A DNA stretch of 64,000 nt, from positions 31,434,001 to 31,498,000 of the forward strand of contig NW_027361688.1 in assembly GCF_039654945.1 (NCBI RefSeq), read 5' to 3'. Under the pieces are notes generated by a model that ran no database searches, was not told the DNA's origin, and saw only the letters and a program-made list of their open reading frames with translations. The number at the start of each line of letters is the position of its first letter. Position 1 is the first letter of the stretch. Source of the DNA: Dendrobates tinctorius (Eukaryota). Positions 35,701 to 50,700 of this stretch are shown in pieces. A program made the position numbers and the translations under genes.

Positions 35701-38700
35701 ATCCGCAGGTGAAACCGCAGGTCAAAAGACCTGCGGTTTTACCTGCGGATTGCTCTGCGGTTTTTCATCTCCTCAATGGAGGAGATGGCAAACCGCAGCA
35801 GAATCCGCAGAAAGAATTGACATGTCAATTCTTTCTGCGGATTGAAAATCGCAGATAATCCACGCGGAAAATTCCGCACCGTCTGCATTGCGGTTTTTGA
35901 TTCCCATAGGGAATCATGGTACTGTACACAGCAGCAAAAACTGCTGCGGGTCTGCAGCGGCCAAAACCGCTGCGGAACCGCAGCAAAATCCGCAGCGTGT
36001 GCACACAGCCTTACTTTCTGGTCTCTCGCAGGGCGGGAACGTCTCCTTGATTGACAGTTCTGGGGAGTAGAAGAGCTACCGTTTGTGTAGAACTATAAGC
36101 CTGTGTGTCCACAATGAGTTTTTGACGTTGCGTAATCCATACATATCTCCATCAATAAAATTTTGTCAAATACAAATATCGGGAAGCTCAGCACAAGTTT
36201 TACTGTCACACGTTCCGCTATCAGTGTCTGAGAAAGTCTTCGCTAAATTTATATATTGAGATAACAGGGCATTTGAACAAGCACACAGCTCTGCACATGG
36301 CTTGGCGACAGGGAATTGTGACTCCTCAAGACTGATCAATGTGTCATGATTTCACCCCTCAATGTGTCCGGGATGCAGTTACTGACAGCTCAGTTATCCA
36401 GTCTGGTGCTGAGCTGTTGGTGTTTCGATTGGCCAGCTGAGCTGTCAATCTGAGACTGGGAGGTTCTGGGATGCCTTCAGGAGTTCCCTGTCCAAGGTGA
36501 GTGCCCAGCTACTTAGCTCGGCTGTCAGTCGCAGACCTCTGCCAGAAGTACATTCAGCTGTGTGGTTTGTCTCTCTGTGCCTTGTGGAACTTTTTGCTGC
36601 CTGACCTTGAACCTTATTCTGACCATCCGTTTTGCCTGCTCCCTTTGCTCTGATCTGTTTTCCTCCTGGTATTCTGTCCTCGGACCGTCACCTGGCTACG
36701 CCTTTGTCACTTCTCTTTGTTTATGACGTATCCTTCTAGCCCTTGACCTCAGACTTCTTGACTACCCCGACTCTCGACTTGTCCGCGAGAAGTGACTCAG
36801 TGTTAAAAAATGGGCTGGAGACAGCTGCTGGGGATTTAAGGAGTTAACTTCTCTAGTGGAACATAACAAGTGTGTATATTTACCCAGGTTCTGGCAGCCG
36901 AGCTCCATGCAAACAAGCTTTACACTATGTAAGATAAAAGCACTTACTGCAAGAGAAAAACAGCAGATAGAAAAAGCAAGTCACTTGCAAGCTTACTTAT
37001 TTTCTTGCTGTTTACCTAATTAAAGCAATTTAATACCTTTGCCATGATCTTATATTGTTTTTGATGCTGTAGTTTTCGTCTCTTTAAGGTATGTCATGTA
37101 TTAAATAAAGCTGCCTTGTCTGGTATTTGGCTTTAACAAAACTTTGATACAATGATATGTGGATTACATCCATTTTTGTTTCTGCAGAGGAAACGCACGT
37201 GTTTTTTACCTGGGAATATTCCATGTGCACGAAGTGCATACAGACCAATTGCCTACATGGAAAAAAAAAAATCAAAAAAAAAAATCACAGCATGAACTAC
37301 TTTCGGCAATTTTATGGACCAGAGTAAGGCCATGTGAAGGCAAATCCTGCACCCATACGCAATGTGGACTAGGAAAAATAGCTGCATCACTCAAAAAGTA
37401 CAATTCATCCCAAAAAAAGATAAAATTAAAAAAAAATTGGCTGTGGCAGGAAGGGTTTAACGAAAGTCTTTCAGCCCGAAAACAAGACGTTTCACATTCT
37501 GTAGATCAAAGGGACCCACATGATTCCAATATAACAGTTATCACCTATTCAGTAGATATGGAATTACTTGATTCAACAGGTATACCCCTAAAATGTTTCA
37601 AGTCATCAAATGATGGAGTTTGGGCTCGTCAGTTTTGACGATTTCGGTGTTACTCACCTGTCTCGGCCTAGCGCCGAGTCCTACTCTCCACTCCCGGGAC
37701 AGCATCCAATTGCTGTAGTCTACACCAGGTTTCCCAAGTAACTCCTTGAAATGATCACCTAATGCCTTTTCAGTCCACGTTCACACGTTCAGTATTTGGT
37801 CAGTATGTTACATCAGTATTTGTAAGCCAAAACCAGGAGTGGGTGATAAATACAGAAATGGAGACGTGTTTCTATTATACTTTCCCTCCAACTGTTCCAC
37901 TCCTGATTTTGGCTTACAAATACTGATATAAAATACTGACCAAATACTGAACCTAAAGCAGACAACTATGCACTGTCTATGTATTCAGTAAGTTTTGTTT
38001 CAGTCACCATGTGATGCTGTTTGCCTCACCATCCAACTTTATCAACTTTCTGAATTTACTTCCTGACTCAGACCCGCAGTTAGCCCTTTATCTGTTGTAA
38101 CCATAACAAAATCTTATAATGTGCTGTTCACACTACAATACTGCTGCAACAGTGTAGTTTTCCTTTGCAGCCAAGTATTCAGTTGGCCTGTTAATCACTG
38201 TGGCCTGCAGTCAACCATTTATTTGCTGATTGCCTATGTCTCTGCCAAAGATGATCTGTATGCTGCTTATATACAACTCTGATGTTAACCATTTGTTTAC
38301 TGCAAGTTCTGGAATGACTATACATCTACAATTGTATAGTCACACTCCTAGCTCGTTGTCTTTTTGTGTTTCCTGCTCTGCTGTCCCGATACTCACTGAT
38401 CCACATGCCATCCGGCAAGTCGTACCCACTATGCCATCACCTTTGGCCCGTGCTGCTCACTGTAACCTACATTTTAGAGTATCCGCCTTACTGGGTGAGG
38501 CCATAACAATCTGCTTCTAGACATAGAGATAAGTGGCATGTATGTCTCGGTGTATCTTGTATTTTTATAACTCTTTAAGCTTTGATGCAAAATTGTGCCA
38601 ATAAGTTTAACGTGTCAGATGGCATTTTTGTTTGCGAAGAATCTACTTTCAGAACATATATGGGTATGGGGAAATGACATTTTTACATTTATAATTTACA

Positions 38701-41700
38701 TTAGTGTGCGTGAAAATAGTCCTGAAAACCCTGATGGTTATATATGTTTTGCAGAGCATTACACTCCCCTGGGTAATCGGATCCAACATGTGAGCTGATA
38801 CTTTGCCTAAACTCTTTATTTTTCACGAAAGTTGATCTCATTGCCGCAGCAAGACCGCGGTGATGACGATTTCCCTCAGGGTAGAAACAGGATGCAGCAG
38901 TACCACATCCTGCTCGCTCAGGGTTCACCGGGCTGAAGAAAAAAAAAAAAAAAGGAAAAAAGGGCCGCTATAGATGTTTTCTCACTTCATTGTTTCAGAC
39001 TCAACCTGTACTGTGCTGCTGTCAAATTTTAACTTTTTTTTTTTTTTTTACATGGGCCAATAAACTGCACGTGAATTCTACTTACTGGTGTGCTGCCTTC
39101 AATTTTTTGGATCATTGAGATACATAGCTATGCTCAGGAGCTGCATACACAGAATGGCAGGCGATTATCCAGGACTATTTTCCCAGTTGCTTTGTCTTTT
39201 ATTTTAGATGCATTTCAGTATAGAAAAGTTTTAAAAAGTAAGACTACTGTAGTTGCCAGGGTCGGTTTTAGACAAAGTGGAGTACTGGGCTAAAGTTGAA
39301 AGTGGGGCCCCAAATGCTCACATATCGCACCATCACACAAACATTTCAGCTGTATTCACATGCGCTGAGTTCAGGCCGTTAAACGAGCGCGATCGACGAT
39401 ATTGAAGATGTTCGATCCTTGTTTCCCGGCCTCTTTACACAGATGACGAACGATGGGCACGAAATGATCACTAGTAGATCAATCTGTCCCCATACAGGAT
39501 CATGTTATCAGCAGCACATCTGCAGTTTTCACTGGGCGATGTGCTGCTGAAAACAATGATTTCTGTTCCAGCATAAACAATCCGATCACTCGATGAATAT
39601 GCAGGATTTTGCTTGTTTAGTATAATACACCCCCCATAGTCCTCCATATAGTATAATGCACTCCCCATAGTCCCCATATAGTATAATGTGCCACATAGTC
39701 CTCCAAATATAATGTGCCCCAGATCCCTTTGTATACTTTAATACACCCCCATTGTCCTCCATATAGTATAATACTTTCCCCATAGTCCAATAGACTCTTA
39801 ATAGCCCTCCATGTAGTATAATACGCTCCCCTTATCCTCCCTATAGTATAATGCACTCCCTATAGCCCTCCATATAGTATAATGCATCCCATAGTCCTCC
39901 ATGTTGTATAAGGCTCCCCCATAGTCCACAGTATAGTACAATGCACTCCTCATACTATAATGCACTCCTTAGTCCTTCATATAGTATAATGCATTCTCCA
40001 TAGTCCTTAATAGAGCATAATGCAGCCACCCAATAAAGTATAATGCAGCCCAATTAATATAGTATAATACAGGATCCCTCAGAGTACATTGCAGCCCTAC
40101 AATAAAGTATAATGCACCCTCCCCCTCAGCGTATAATGCAACCCCCCATGGTATAATGCAGCCCCCCAACACACAGTGTGATGAAGTTGAATGAGCAATG
40201 CAGGGGGGGCCTCTTTCTCAAGCTGCTTAATGGCATTTAGGAAGCTAATAAACAACACCAACAAAAAACGCATGAAGGTATGTACAGCTATTAACTCCTG
40301 GGCGCACCAGCCACCCCCCCAAAGGTTATAATACTACTAATACTGATACTAAAATGCAGCCAAATTATGGCTGTGACAAGCGGCCTGGTAGCTACAGGCT
40401 TCAATATGGACAGAATGATGGCTCAATGGTTAGCACTGTAGCCCTGCAGCATCAGGGTTCTGGGTTCAGAACCCACCATCTGCAAGTAGTTTGTATGTTC
40501 TCCCCGTGTTTGAGTTTCTCACTGGTTCTCCACAGACATATTGATAGGGAATGTAGATTGTGAGGTTTGTAAATCACTTTGAACTGAATGGCGCTGTATA
40601 AGAGAGTCAAATACATATGGATACGGCAGGCCTCCGCCATAGGACCGATTTGGCAACGAGCAAAGAAGCCACATAGAGATTTGGCAGAACCCAGTTGTAA
40701 TAATAAGATTTAATTAATGGGAAGCCCTTTGCAGCAACCTGTATGTTTTTGGATTAGAGTCAGGCACTTGTAGGAGACAGAGGAAATGATATTGTATAAC
40801 CTGGCCCGTTTCCTTAATCTCACACCCTATAAAGAGTCCTGGCCGGGACTATAGTAACAGCGTGGCAATTGGTGTACACCAGGAAGACTATGGCTTAGTG
40901 GCCGTACGGTGCACACACAATCACTTGCTCATCGCACCAGGTTCACCCAGTTGGTGCAGTAGAAAGAGAGGCTGTCGGCAGAAAATGACTGTTCAAACCA
41001 AGCACAGGCACTTGACACACCCATTACACGGCTGAACACTTCATGCGAGAGAATCGTATGCTATACGCAAATGACCCTCGGCTCAAACTCTGCTGCAAGA
41101 GTGAGCCGAGTGTCATTTTACTATGACCTGATCCTCTCGAATGTGAAAATCGAATGACAAGTGCGGAGAAGATGGAGAACTTAATCTCTCCATCTTCTCC
41201 ATTGTTTGAGTAGGTGTATATTGGACTGCATTCGAATGACATCCGATGTTTTGCACAAGTAGACTTGGGTGCGCCATCCGATATATGCTGCCAATCGCAG
41301 CATGCAGATTTTTTTTTATTTCTCATGCAAGAAAAAAAATGTTAGTTGGCACTGCTCCATAGTATAGCAATGGAATGAGTGGTATTCGATGAAACATGGT
41401 ATAGCACTTGCCAAAGTTATACACTGGCTATTCGACAGTGTGAGCGAGCCCTTATGAACTTCTCCAGATTACTGTAGTCGAACATGAATTGGGACTATCT
41501 TCCCAGCAAGAGGCACAGAACATATTGTATAATTACAGATATATAACCTTGTCATTAAACTGTACACTACCAAGTCTTTCATTTAACTGCTCAAAAAACA
41601 AAACACGCCTAAATGTAAGCGATGGAAACAGTCTAAAAGACACTAGACAGCCAACACTCCGCAAAAGCCCATCTCCAGCCAAGGTCAGCCTCGGCAAAAG

Positions 41701-44700
41701 CCCATCTCCAGCCAAGGTCAGCCTCGGCAAAAGCCCATCTCCAGCCAAGGTCAGCCTCGGCAAAAGCCCATCTCCAGCCAAGGTCAGCCACGGCAAAAGC
41801 CCATCTCCAGCCAAGGTCAGCCTCGGCAAAAGCCCATCTCCAGCCAAGGTCAGCCTCGGCAAAAGCCCATCTCCAGCCAAGGTCAGCCTCGGCAAAAGCC
41901 CATCTCCAGCCAAGGTCAGCCTCGGCAAAAGCCCATCTCCAGCCAAAATCAGCCTTGGCAAAAGCCCATCTCCAGCCAAGGTCAGCCTCGGCAAAAGCCC
42001 ATCTACAGCCAAGGTCAGCCTCGGCAAAAGTCCATCTCCAACCAAGGTCAGCCTCGGCAAAGTCCATGTCCTGCCAAGGTCAGCCTCGGCAAAAGTCCAT
42101 GTCCTGCCAAGGTCAGCCTCTGCAAAAGTCCATGTCCTGCCAAGGTCAGCCTCGGCAAAAGTCCATGTCCTGCCAAGGTCAGCCTTGGCAAAAGTCCATG
42201 TCCTGCCAAAGATCACACTGAAATCAGTGGTACAAAAATTTTAGAAGGCTGGTGTAGCAATGCTTGGAAAATTAACATTATGCATTGCATACAGGGCCAA
42301 GTGTCTAATAGGGTAATCAGAGGACTATACGAGGGCCCCGCATGGCAGATGTTGGCTGGGTCGTTACAGAAAGGTCCTGCTGACATGAAAAGGTGGAATG
42401 GAGTAGCCGTGCTGTAGTAAACCTGTTTTGGTCATGTCATTTTAGATAAAATTGTGAAGAAAAGTCAGCTATGATAAATATATATTGTTTTAGTGGGATT
42501 TTTACTAAATGTTTCCAGCAAGCAAAACAGCGAAGCAGCAAAATCACACAAAAAAAAAGTTAGGACACCCCTATGCTATTGGGGGTTGTGTCATTGGTGA
42601 CAGTTTGCCCCTAGTCCTGCTCCCAGAACCCCCAATTTTGATGAAGGAAGTTGCATAAAGTCATGAATTTTCCAATGCATATGGTGAAAAATTCATTGTT
42701 TCATGGCTATCTATGCAACACAAGGATGGCCAGGGTCCATCTGAATGGCTATGCTGTACAAGGGGCCGCCGTTCTGTCCGACTCCTCTTTAGAGCAGGAG
42801 GAGCAATTACCTACGCAGTTACCTTCTACACCATTGTATTTTGCAGGCCAAACTATTTGGAAGGAAGACAAGGTACAGTGACTGGTAGAGATAAACGAAC
42901 CCGAACTGTAAGGGTGTGTGCACACGCTGCGGATTCTGCTGCGGATCCGCAGCGGTTTTGGTCCTGCGGATCCGCAGCAGTTTCTGCTGCAGTGTACAGT
43001 AGCATTATAATCTATGGAAAACGAAAACCGCAGTGCAGACGGTGCAGATTTTTCTGCGGTTTTCAAATGACATGTCAATTCTTCCTGCGGATTCCGCTGC
43101 GGTTTGCCATCTGCTCCATTGTAGAGATGATAAACTGCAGGGCAAAACCGCAAGGTAATCCGCAGATTTTACTAAATCCGCGCGGACAAATCCGCAGAGC
43201 ATTCCGCAGCGTGTGCACACACCCTAAAGTTCAGGGGCTCGCCCGAGCTCAGACTTCTCCTGAAGGTCCGTTTTACAGTTTGGGCGCGAGAAATGGATCA
43301 ATTTTCTAGCTCAGAAGTTTTGGCTTCCATTGGGGTTCGGTTTCTAGTTCATGGTACCCAAACCGAACTTTGAACTAAAGTTCGGTCTAACCCGTACTTC
43401 CATGGGTCCACTCATCCCTAGTGACTGTTTCAAGAGGCAAAGTTTTTTATTCTTTTTTTTTTTATATAGAGGTTGCCTTTCAGAATATGCCATAAATGAC
43501 AGATGTGAGATGTGTTCTGCATCACAGTCGCGGTCACTGGACAGATGGCTATGCAGTGGCAGATATATCATTGGTAAGATGGGGTAAGATAAGAGATCAG
43601 GGGGCCACTTCCACTTGGAATCAAACATATTATTCGACTTCGGCGAAGACCCTCTTGTTGGCACCAGAGCATGCTCAGATAACACCTTATCCCAGCAAGT
43701 GCGCTCATCACTAGAGATAATACGTACGTTTAGTAAACATTTCGCGTCCAGGATAAGCGATAACGATCCGAGAAAATAACTTTCTTTGTACGCGTCAAGT
43801 CACTATAGGAATGAAAACTGTCCGGGCGTCTCTCACGGATGACATCCATTCGGCCCCTCTCCGGCACAGCGCTGTCATGTTTGATAGAGGAGATATTTGG
43901 AAAACAGGAAAGTGGAGTGGAAAAAAAATAAGAAAAGAAAAAGGGGGATTGATGACAAAGCGCGTAGAGGAATGTGTGAAGATCAATGAGTCCCGGCCTT
44001 GTGCGGGTGTGAAGTTCGGCGTTTTCTGCAGGCGACTCAGACTGTTGTGATGGCTGCCATCATCGTTCCCGAGTCAGACGTGCAGACCTCTCGATTTATA
44101 CTGCAGCTTCCACCCAACCAAAGTCTAAAAAAGGAAAGAGGGGAAATGCCCCAGCTGAGATTTACAGCAATGAAATCCCATTACTAGTACTCCTGGAAAC
44201 TTCTAAAGAAAAAAAAAAAAGGCCTATCCACTGTCCTGACAAGTATATTCCCTATGATAACAATTCTCGGTCAGGAGGATTCAGATAAAAGGATTTTAGG
44301 GTGCAGTAATTCCCTAGCTCACCTTTTCCAGAATCCCTGCCAAAATTTGGAAGTACTACAAAGCTCGGGTGCTAACCGAGTGACTTTGGCGTCCTCGAAA
44401 AATGCATTAGAGTCGCCACAGCTGCATGTCTTGTGTCTGTTCGACAGCAGGCGTGGAGACGTATTTTTCGAGCAGGCCGAAGTCACTCAGCTAGCACCTG
44501 ACCTTTCTCGGATAACACCTTATCCCAGCACGTTCGGTCATCACTAGAGGTTTGATCTCCACGATTTTAAGCTTGTGAAGAATTAAAGGAGTTGTCCACC
44601 CAGATACCCTCAGAGATCTGATACTGGTGAGCTATGCAAAGTCCGGTTTTACACATCCACGTGTAGCCGTTCAAGCATGGTTCTCTTTTCCCAGACTTGA

Positions 44701-47700
44701 CAGACTATGAGGTTGCGGAATTAGGGTTGGATCTTGCGACCAGTCCGTGCATCACGGTTAGGACTCAGACTGGGACACATGGGTGCGTGAACGCAGCCCA
44801 AGCTGTTTCAGACACCTGTACACAGACTGGCTGTGGATCTCCCGACCCGAACAAAACTTACACCTTGACCAAAAGTATGAGGTTGCTGAGTTCGGGTTGA
44901 GAGACCTGCGGCCAGTCCGTGCATTGCTGTCTGTGCTTGGACTGAAGCAGCCTTAGGGCTAATTCACACAGCAGTTTTTCATGTACAAGAGCCATCTGTT
45001 TTTTTTTTTTCAGAAAGCAGTCGTACCTCTGAAAGGATATAGTGTTGTTCACATATCTGTGATTTTTTGCAGACCAAGGGGTCTGTGAAAAATTGCGGAG
45101 ACATGTCCGCCGATATTCATCCAATAGCTGGATTAAACTCAGCAATTAAAATCTACAGGTCTATTACAAAAAAAAAAAAAACACAACGGATAGCGCTCGG
45201 ATGTCGTCTGTGTGCTGTCCGTTTTTCACTGAAGATACAAGGTGGAGAAACTTCTTTTTTTTCTCATCTGTGGACAGAACTCCGACGGAACCCTCTGAAG
45301 GTACTTGGTCCGTTTATCTTCTACGTGAAAAAAACCCCCTGATGTCTGAATGAGGCTTAAGGATAATTCACCAATATATCAGCCCTGGACAACCCTTTTA
45401 AGTTTTTTACCTAAAATCCACACCATCCAGGGTCGATATACAGAAATCCAGGTATGTAGATGAATGGGTGGCACTCGGTGTTCGATAAAAAACAGTACTT
45501 TATTTGAGAAGATTAAAACATGGATACAAGGGATCGGGTCACCTCTGGGACAACAGCCATTTGGTTGGATGTGAAAAGGCCGATGTCCCAGAGGTGACCC
45601 GCTCCCTTGCCCCCATGTTTTAATCTTCTCAACTAAAGTACAGTTTTTTATCACACCGAGTGCCACCAGGATTCTATTAGACGCTATTCATCTGGGGTAA
45701 AGCGCCTGTTGTTCCTGAGGCTGCAATCAGTCCCGTGGGTTCCAACAAGGTACGCTTGTTGAAATGGTGCCGGTGATCTTTCTTTTGCATTCAATATACA
45801 GAAATAGTCCGATGATGCCAACCAATTACTCTTTGCTAACAGAACAAGATTCATGAATGAATCTAGGGTAGGATTTTGAGCCTCACTACGCTGTGCACCA
45901 ACTGCCTGTTTGTGTTCCTATACCCTTCCATTTCCAAAATCCCAATTGGATGTCAGAGAATGAGGAACATTCTAATTTTACATTCAAAGGCCGGAAATAC
46001 ACCCAGACTGCCCAGAAAAGGTTCACATCTGTGCTAACAATTCTGTTTTTCTGTTCCGGAATTCAATGATATCTATTACAAGAAGGAAAACACCGCCCGT
46101 TGACTATCATGGACTCGGTCAGGTTTCTGTTCGGAAAACACATCTATAAAAATGAATCAAGCTGTGGTCACACATGTGCACTACATCATTCACACGAGAC
46201 TAATAGGGAGCCCTTTGGTTAGACCCCCCCCAGCAATTATACACTTATCACCCATCTACCGTCTTTAAAGTGGACCTGGCACTCGAATAAAAGTGGCCAG
46301 TTGTTGCTCAGGTTGTTCTTGATGCTCCCGAGTATTTATTTCCCCCCCCCTTTTTTAGATCCGCCATACGGTTCCAGAGATATATAACTTTTTATTCCGT
46401 GCTTATTGTAGTGGTCTTTGCTAAGGGGGAGTGGTTAACGGATTATCTGGGGGGGTGTATGTATGCTGTTTTGCATACTGTGAGTCACGCCCCCTTGTAA
46501 AAACAATAAAACTTAATTTTAAAAAGCAAAACCTGGACAATTGACCAGGTAACAGGTCCTCCTAAAAGTGGCTTCTAAAATTTTTTACGTTGACCTCCTA
46601 AGTGGGTGTCTCACACTCAGGACCTTTACGACGCCTTCACTCGGTGCCCACCGATGCTCAACACGCTGTGTATAGATGTTTCTGAGTGACAGATTCTGGG
46701 TGTGGGATCTTCACTGATCATAATCTCAGATGCCTAATGTGGGGAGGTTGGTCTGACGGACGGATCTGCCTAAGGAGAGAAGCAGTGTAGGCGGAGATAT
46801 AGAGCCAGGGGCGACAGGTGGCCGTTTGGCCATTAGAGGGCAGTGAGGAGCATAGGAGAGAGTGGTTATGTAACTGCCATGGGTCAAGGTCACTGCCATT
46901 GGTCAAAGGTTTCTGTCAGGTGATAGTGGGCGGAGCCACTGCGACTGGGAGTATAAGAGGTCAGGGAAGGTTCTGGAAGTTCCAGTCAGCCAAGGGAGCT
47001 CACTAGAGAGGAGAGTTTGCTGTAGGTAGAAAGACGGAAAAGGCCTACAGAGAGCTACTGACAGTGGAGACGGTCACGGGGGGGTGACCCAACAAAAGGA
47101 CAGTGGCTGCGGACAGAGACACACTGTGAGTGTCAGGTGAAAGGCGTACTCTAAAGGGTGAAACGCTGTGGTGGAAGTGCTTAGAGCAGCCACAGCGGGG
47201 AAGAGCCATAGAGGACGCCACGAACGGTGACATAAGAAAGAGAAGGTACCCGGGTCTGTGCAAAAGTGAATTCTGGACTATTCCTGTGATGAAGTACGGT
47301 GGTCGTACGAAAAGCGGCGAATAAAATCTGAACTGTTGGACACAACCCTTGTCTCAGTCTCATGTCTGCCGGTTCCACGACGTGGGTCACCCCCCAGTCC
47401 TGTTGGATCAACACCACCTAATCAGCACTCCCCTCGCCCATCCTACACTTACACCCCAAGACAGCAAGAAGTACCATATTTTATCAAGGTGTCAAATTAA
47501 ATCTGAAGAAAATAATTTCTTATGGGGTTGTCCAGGACTTATGATATTGATAACTCATTGAAGAACACAGAAGCTGAGCTGAGGTACCCAAGAATAGTCC
47601 CTATATGGTGAACAGAGCTGGACACTTAGCTTACAACCATGAAGGACCTACAAACAGCTGATCGATGTCCTACGGGCGGGTCATCAATATTTAAGACCTG

Positions 47701-50700
47701 GACAACCACCATAAGAAATAACATCTTGATGTACAGGTTTGTGAATACTTTGACACTGCCTTACTCTCTTGGAATTAGAGAGAAAGAATAGGTAACATGA
47801 ATCCAGCCCAAACAGTTCACATTCCCCTTGCTCAGCGTCTCATGACAGTGCCTGCTGGCAACCATCTTACTTCAAGAGATACAAGGACAGTCACTATTAA
47901 CCATTCACGGACAGAAAAAAATAATTATTATTTACACATATTTAACACTTTGCTCTGAACATGTTCCCATGGGGAATGTTCACCGAAAAAAGTGTATTGA
48001 CCCAAAGCAATGGCATGGCACTGTGAGAGGTCTGCAGGTTCATAGCCCCATTTTGAGTAAGCTGTGATGTTCTGAATCTACCGTTTCTTTTCTATCATAG
48101 TCAGCAATCTATGCTACAGTAGATTTTCTATGAGAAGAAACCAAAGGGGCAAGGCTTCACTGCCCATGAATGCCCCTGGAGCACCCATCAGGACCCTCAC
48201 TGCCCATGTACATCAATGCCCCGGAGCACCCATCAGGACCCTCACTGCCCATGTACATCAATGCCCCTGGAGCACCCATCAGGACTCTCACTGCCCATGC
48301 ACATCAATGCCCTTGCAGAACCCACCAGGACCCTCACTGCCCAATCACATCAATGCCCTTGGAGCACCAGGAACCCTGAAGCACCCAGGACCAACACTCT
48401 CACTGCCCATGCACATTAATGCTCCTGGAGCACCCGGGACCCTCAATGCAGATGCATATCAATGCCCCTGGAATTCCCACCAGGTCCCTCACTACCCAAG
48501 CACATCAATGCCCCTGGAGCACGAGGACCCTTACTGTGCATGCACATCAATATCCCTGGAGCACCCAGTACCATCAATGCAGATGCACATCAATGCCCCT
48601 GGAGCACCCACCAGGACCCTCACTGCCCAAGCACATCAATGACCTTGGAGCACTCGGGAACTTGAAGCACCCAGGACCCTCACACTCACTGCCCATGCAC
48701 ATCAATGCCCCTGGAGCACCCAGGACCCTCACTGCCCATGCACACCAATGCCCCTGGAGCACCAGGGACCCTGAAGCACCCAGGACCCTCAATGTCCATG
48801 CACATCAATGCCCCTGGAGCACCCGGGACCCTCAAAGCAGATGCACATCAATGCCCCTGGGACACCCACCAGGACCCTCACTATCCAAGGACATCAATGC
48901 CCCTGGAGCACCCAGGACCTTCAATGCCCATGCACATCAATGCTCCTGGAGAACCAAGGACCCCGAAGCACCCAGGACACTCACTCACTGCCCATGCACA
49001 TCAATGTTCCTGGAGCACCAGGGACCCTGGAGCACCCAGGTTCATCACTGCCCATTAATGATCCTGAAGCACCCAGGACCATAACTGCCCATGCAGAACA
49101 AGCACCCAGGAACCTGTCACCAGCTCACCAATTGTTCTTCCTTACTTAAAGGTACTAAACACTGCACACTGAGGAGTACAAGACCAGCCATTTTTATCTG
49201 CTCTGATCCATTCATCTATCCAACATAATTTCAGCCTTGCCAGTACTGATGCTCACCTGTTTTCCTGCTTCAAACACATCAAGAAGTCCGCTCACTTGCT
49301 TCCTAATCAATCCCACCAAAATAATCAATACAACTCACTTTGTGCATCAGTTCTTGCAACCTCTTCTCAGAACATACTCGGAGCAGGTATATGAAGCGGG
49401 CTCAGGAACTGAGCCTGCACAATACACAGTTGGTACTGGCTGTGTTATAGTAGCTAGCTCCAATTGCTGCTATTTAAACAAAACCTGAGCGGAAACTCTC
49501 CAAATTGTCCTCAAAAACTTGGAGTTTCCACTCCAAAAGTTCACCAAGAAGACTTAGTGTCTTTAAAGGGAGCATTGTCTGGCCTATAAGACTCTCTACG
49601 GCAACTGGTAGTCTCCTAAAGGAGGTGCAATATTGTCAATACAACCCCATCCTTCACCAGTCATCGTACTACAAAAATGTACTCCGCTCCTCCCTCCCCT
49701 TGTCCTTACTGCTGGCTTAATACTTCGGACAGATCCCTAGAAGGAATGTACGATGTGCTGCTCCGGGAAACAGATCCACAGCTCATGCCAACCACATTTG
49801 TAATGTCACAGAGTGTTTACGAGATTTCTGCTGTCTGGTAATAAAAAGGGAGTTTGGAGCATCTGAGCGCTGCGGTCGGAGTGGTACAAATTATGAGCCG
49901 CAAATAGCAGGGCATACAAGATGTACGAGAAGAAAACCATTCAGCCTGTGAGAACCATGGAGGCCGAACTCAGACCTGCTCAAACCTATGGCCAGGTGGC
50001 CAACGTAACACCCCGAGAGGAGGCTGTGTGTGGCCTTAAGTGAGAAGTCACTTCTGAAACAGGTTCCTTGCGAAATCTGCTCCGAAACGTGAGACTGTTA
50101 AAAGTCTGCGGGCAGAAGAACATTGTGCTTAAAATAACGCATCAAAAACCTCTTGGAGAACCACCTTAGGCTATGGCCTCACTTAGATGCTGACGTAGAC
50201 GCCGAGTTTTCCAAGGAAAAGCTGCTTCAGGAAAGCGAAGGCGGTCATTTTCCCGAAGCAGCTTTGCTGGGGTGGGGGGATTGTAGTCTTTCTTTTGGAG
50301 AGCCTACTGTTAGAATCTATTACTCTATACTGTTAAATGTAGAGAATAGGAACATTCGGAGCGAAAAAAAAAATTTAGTGGATTCCACATGAAAAATTTG
50401 ATGAAATTTTCTGCCTCCAAAAACTTAGTGGGAGCATATCTTAAAGGGAACCTGTCACCCCCCAGGGCGTTTTGAAGTAAAAGAGCCACCTTCAGCAGCA
50501 CTAAAGCTGCATTCTGTGAAGGTGGCTCTTCTGTTTCTGACCCCTAGTAATGCATAAATATTGACTTTTATAAATAGCTCCTCATACCTGTAATGCGTCC
50601 CATAGGTATGGTGTGTCCCCCTGTACCATCCGTCTGCCAGCCGTCCATCATGCCTCTATTGTGTCTGGGCGCCGCCTCCTGTGTAGTATGCCTGTGTGCT

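Noticed and set aside
37658-37758. Possible extra ccdc69 exon ending in CAG|GTGAGT
   Set aside because: Poor acceptor, 101 nt would shift the frame, and the 9-exon model is complete without it.
41489-42244. 251-aa [11 protein letters not shown]-repeat ORF resembling neurofilament KSP or protamine-like repeats
   Set aside because: Coincides with a 33-bp minisatellite that is open on both strands, and shifts frame within the array; treated as chance.
48130-49149. His/Pro/Cys-rich ORFs
   Set aside because: All three frames cycle through the same modular repeat; no coding signal.
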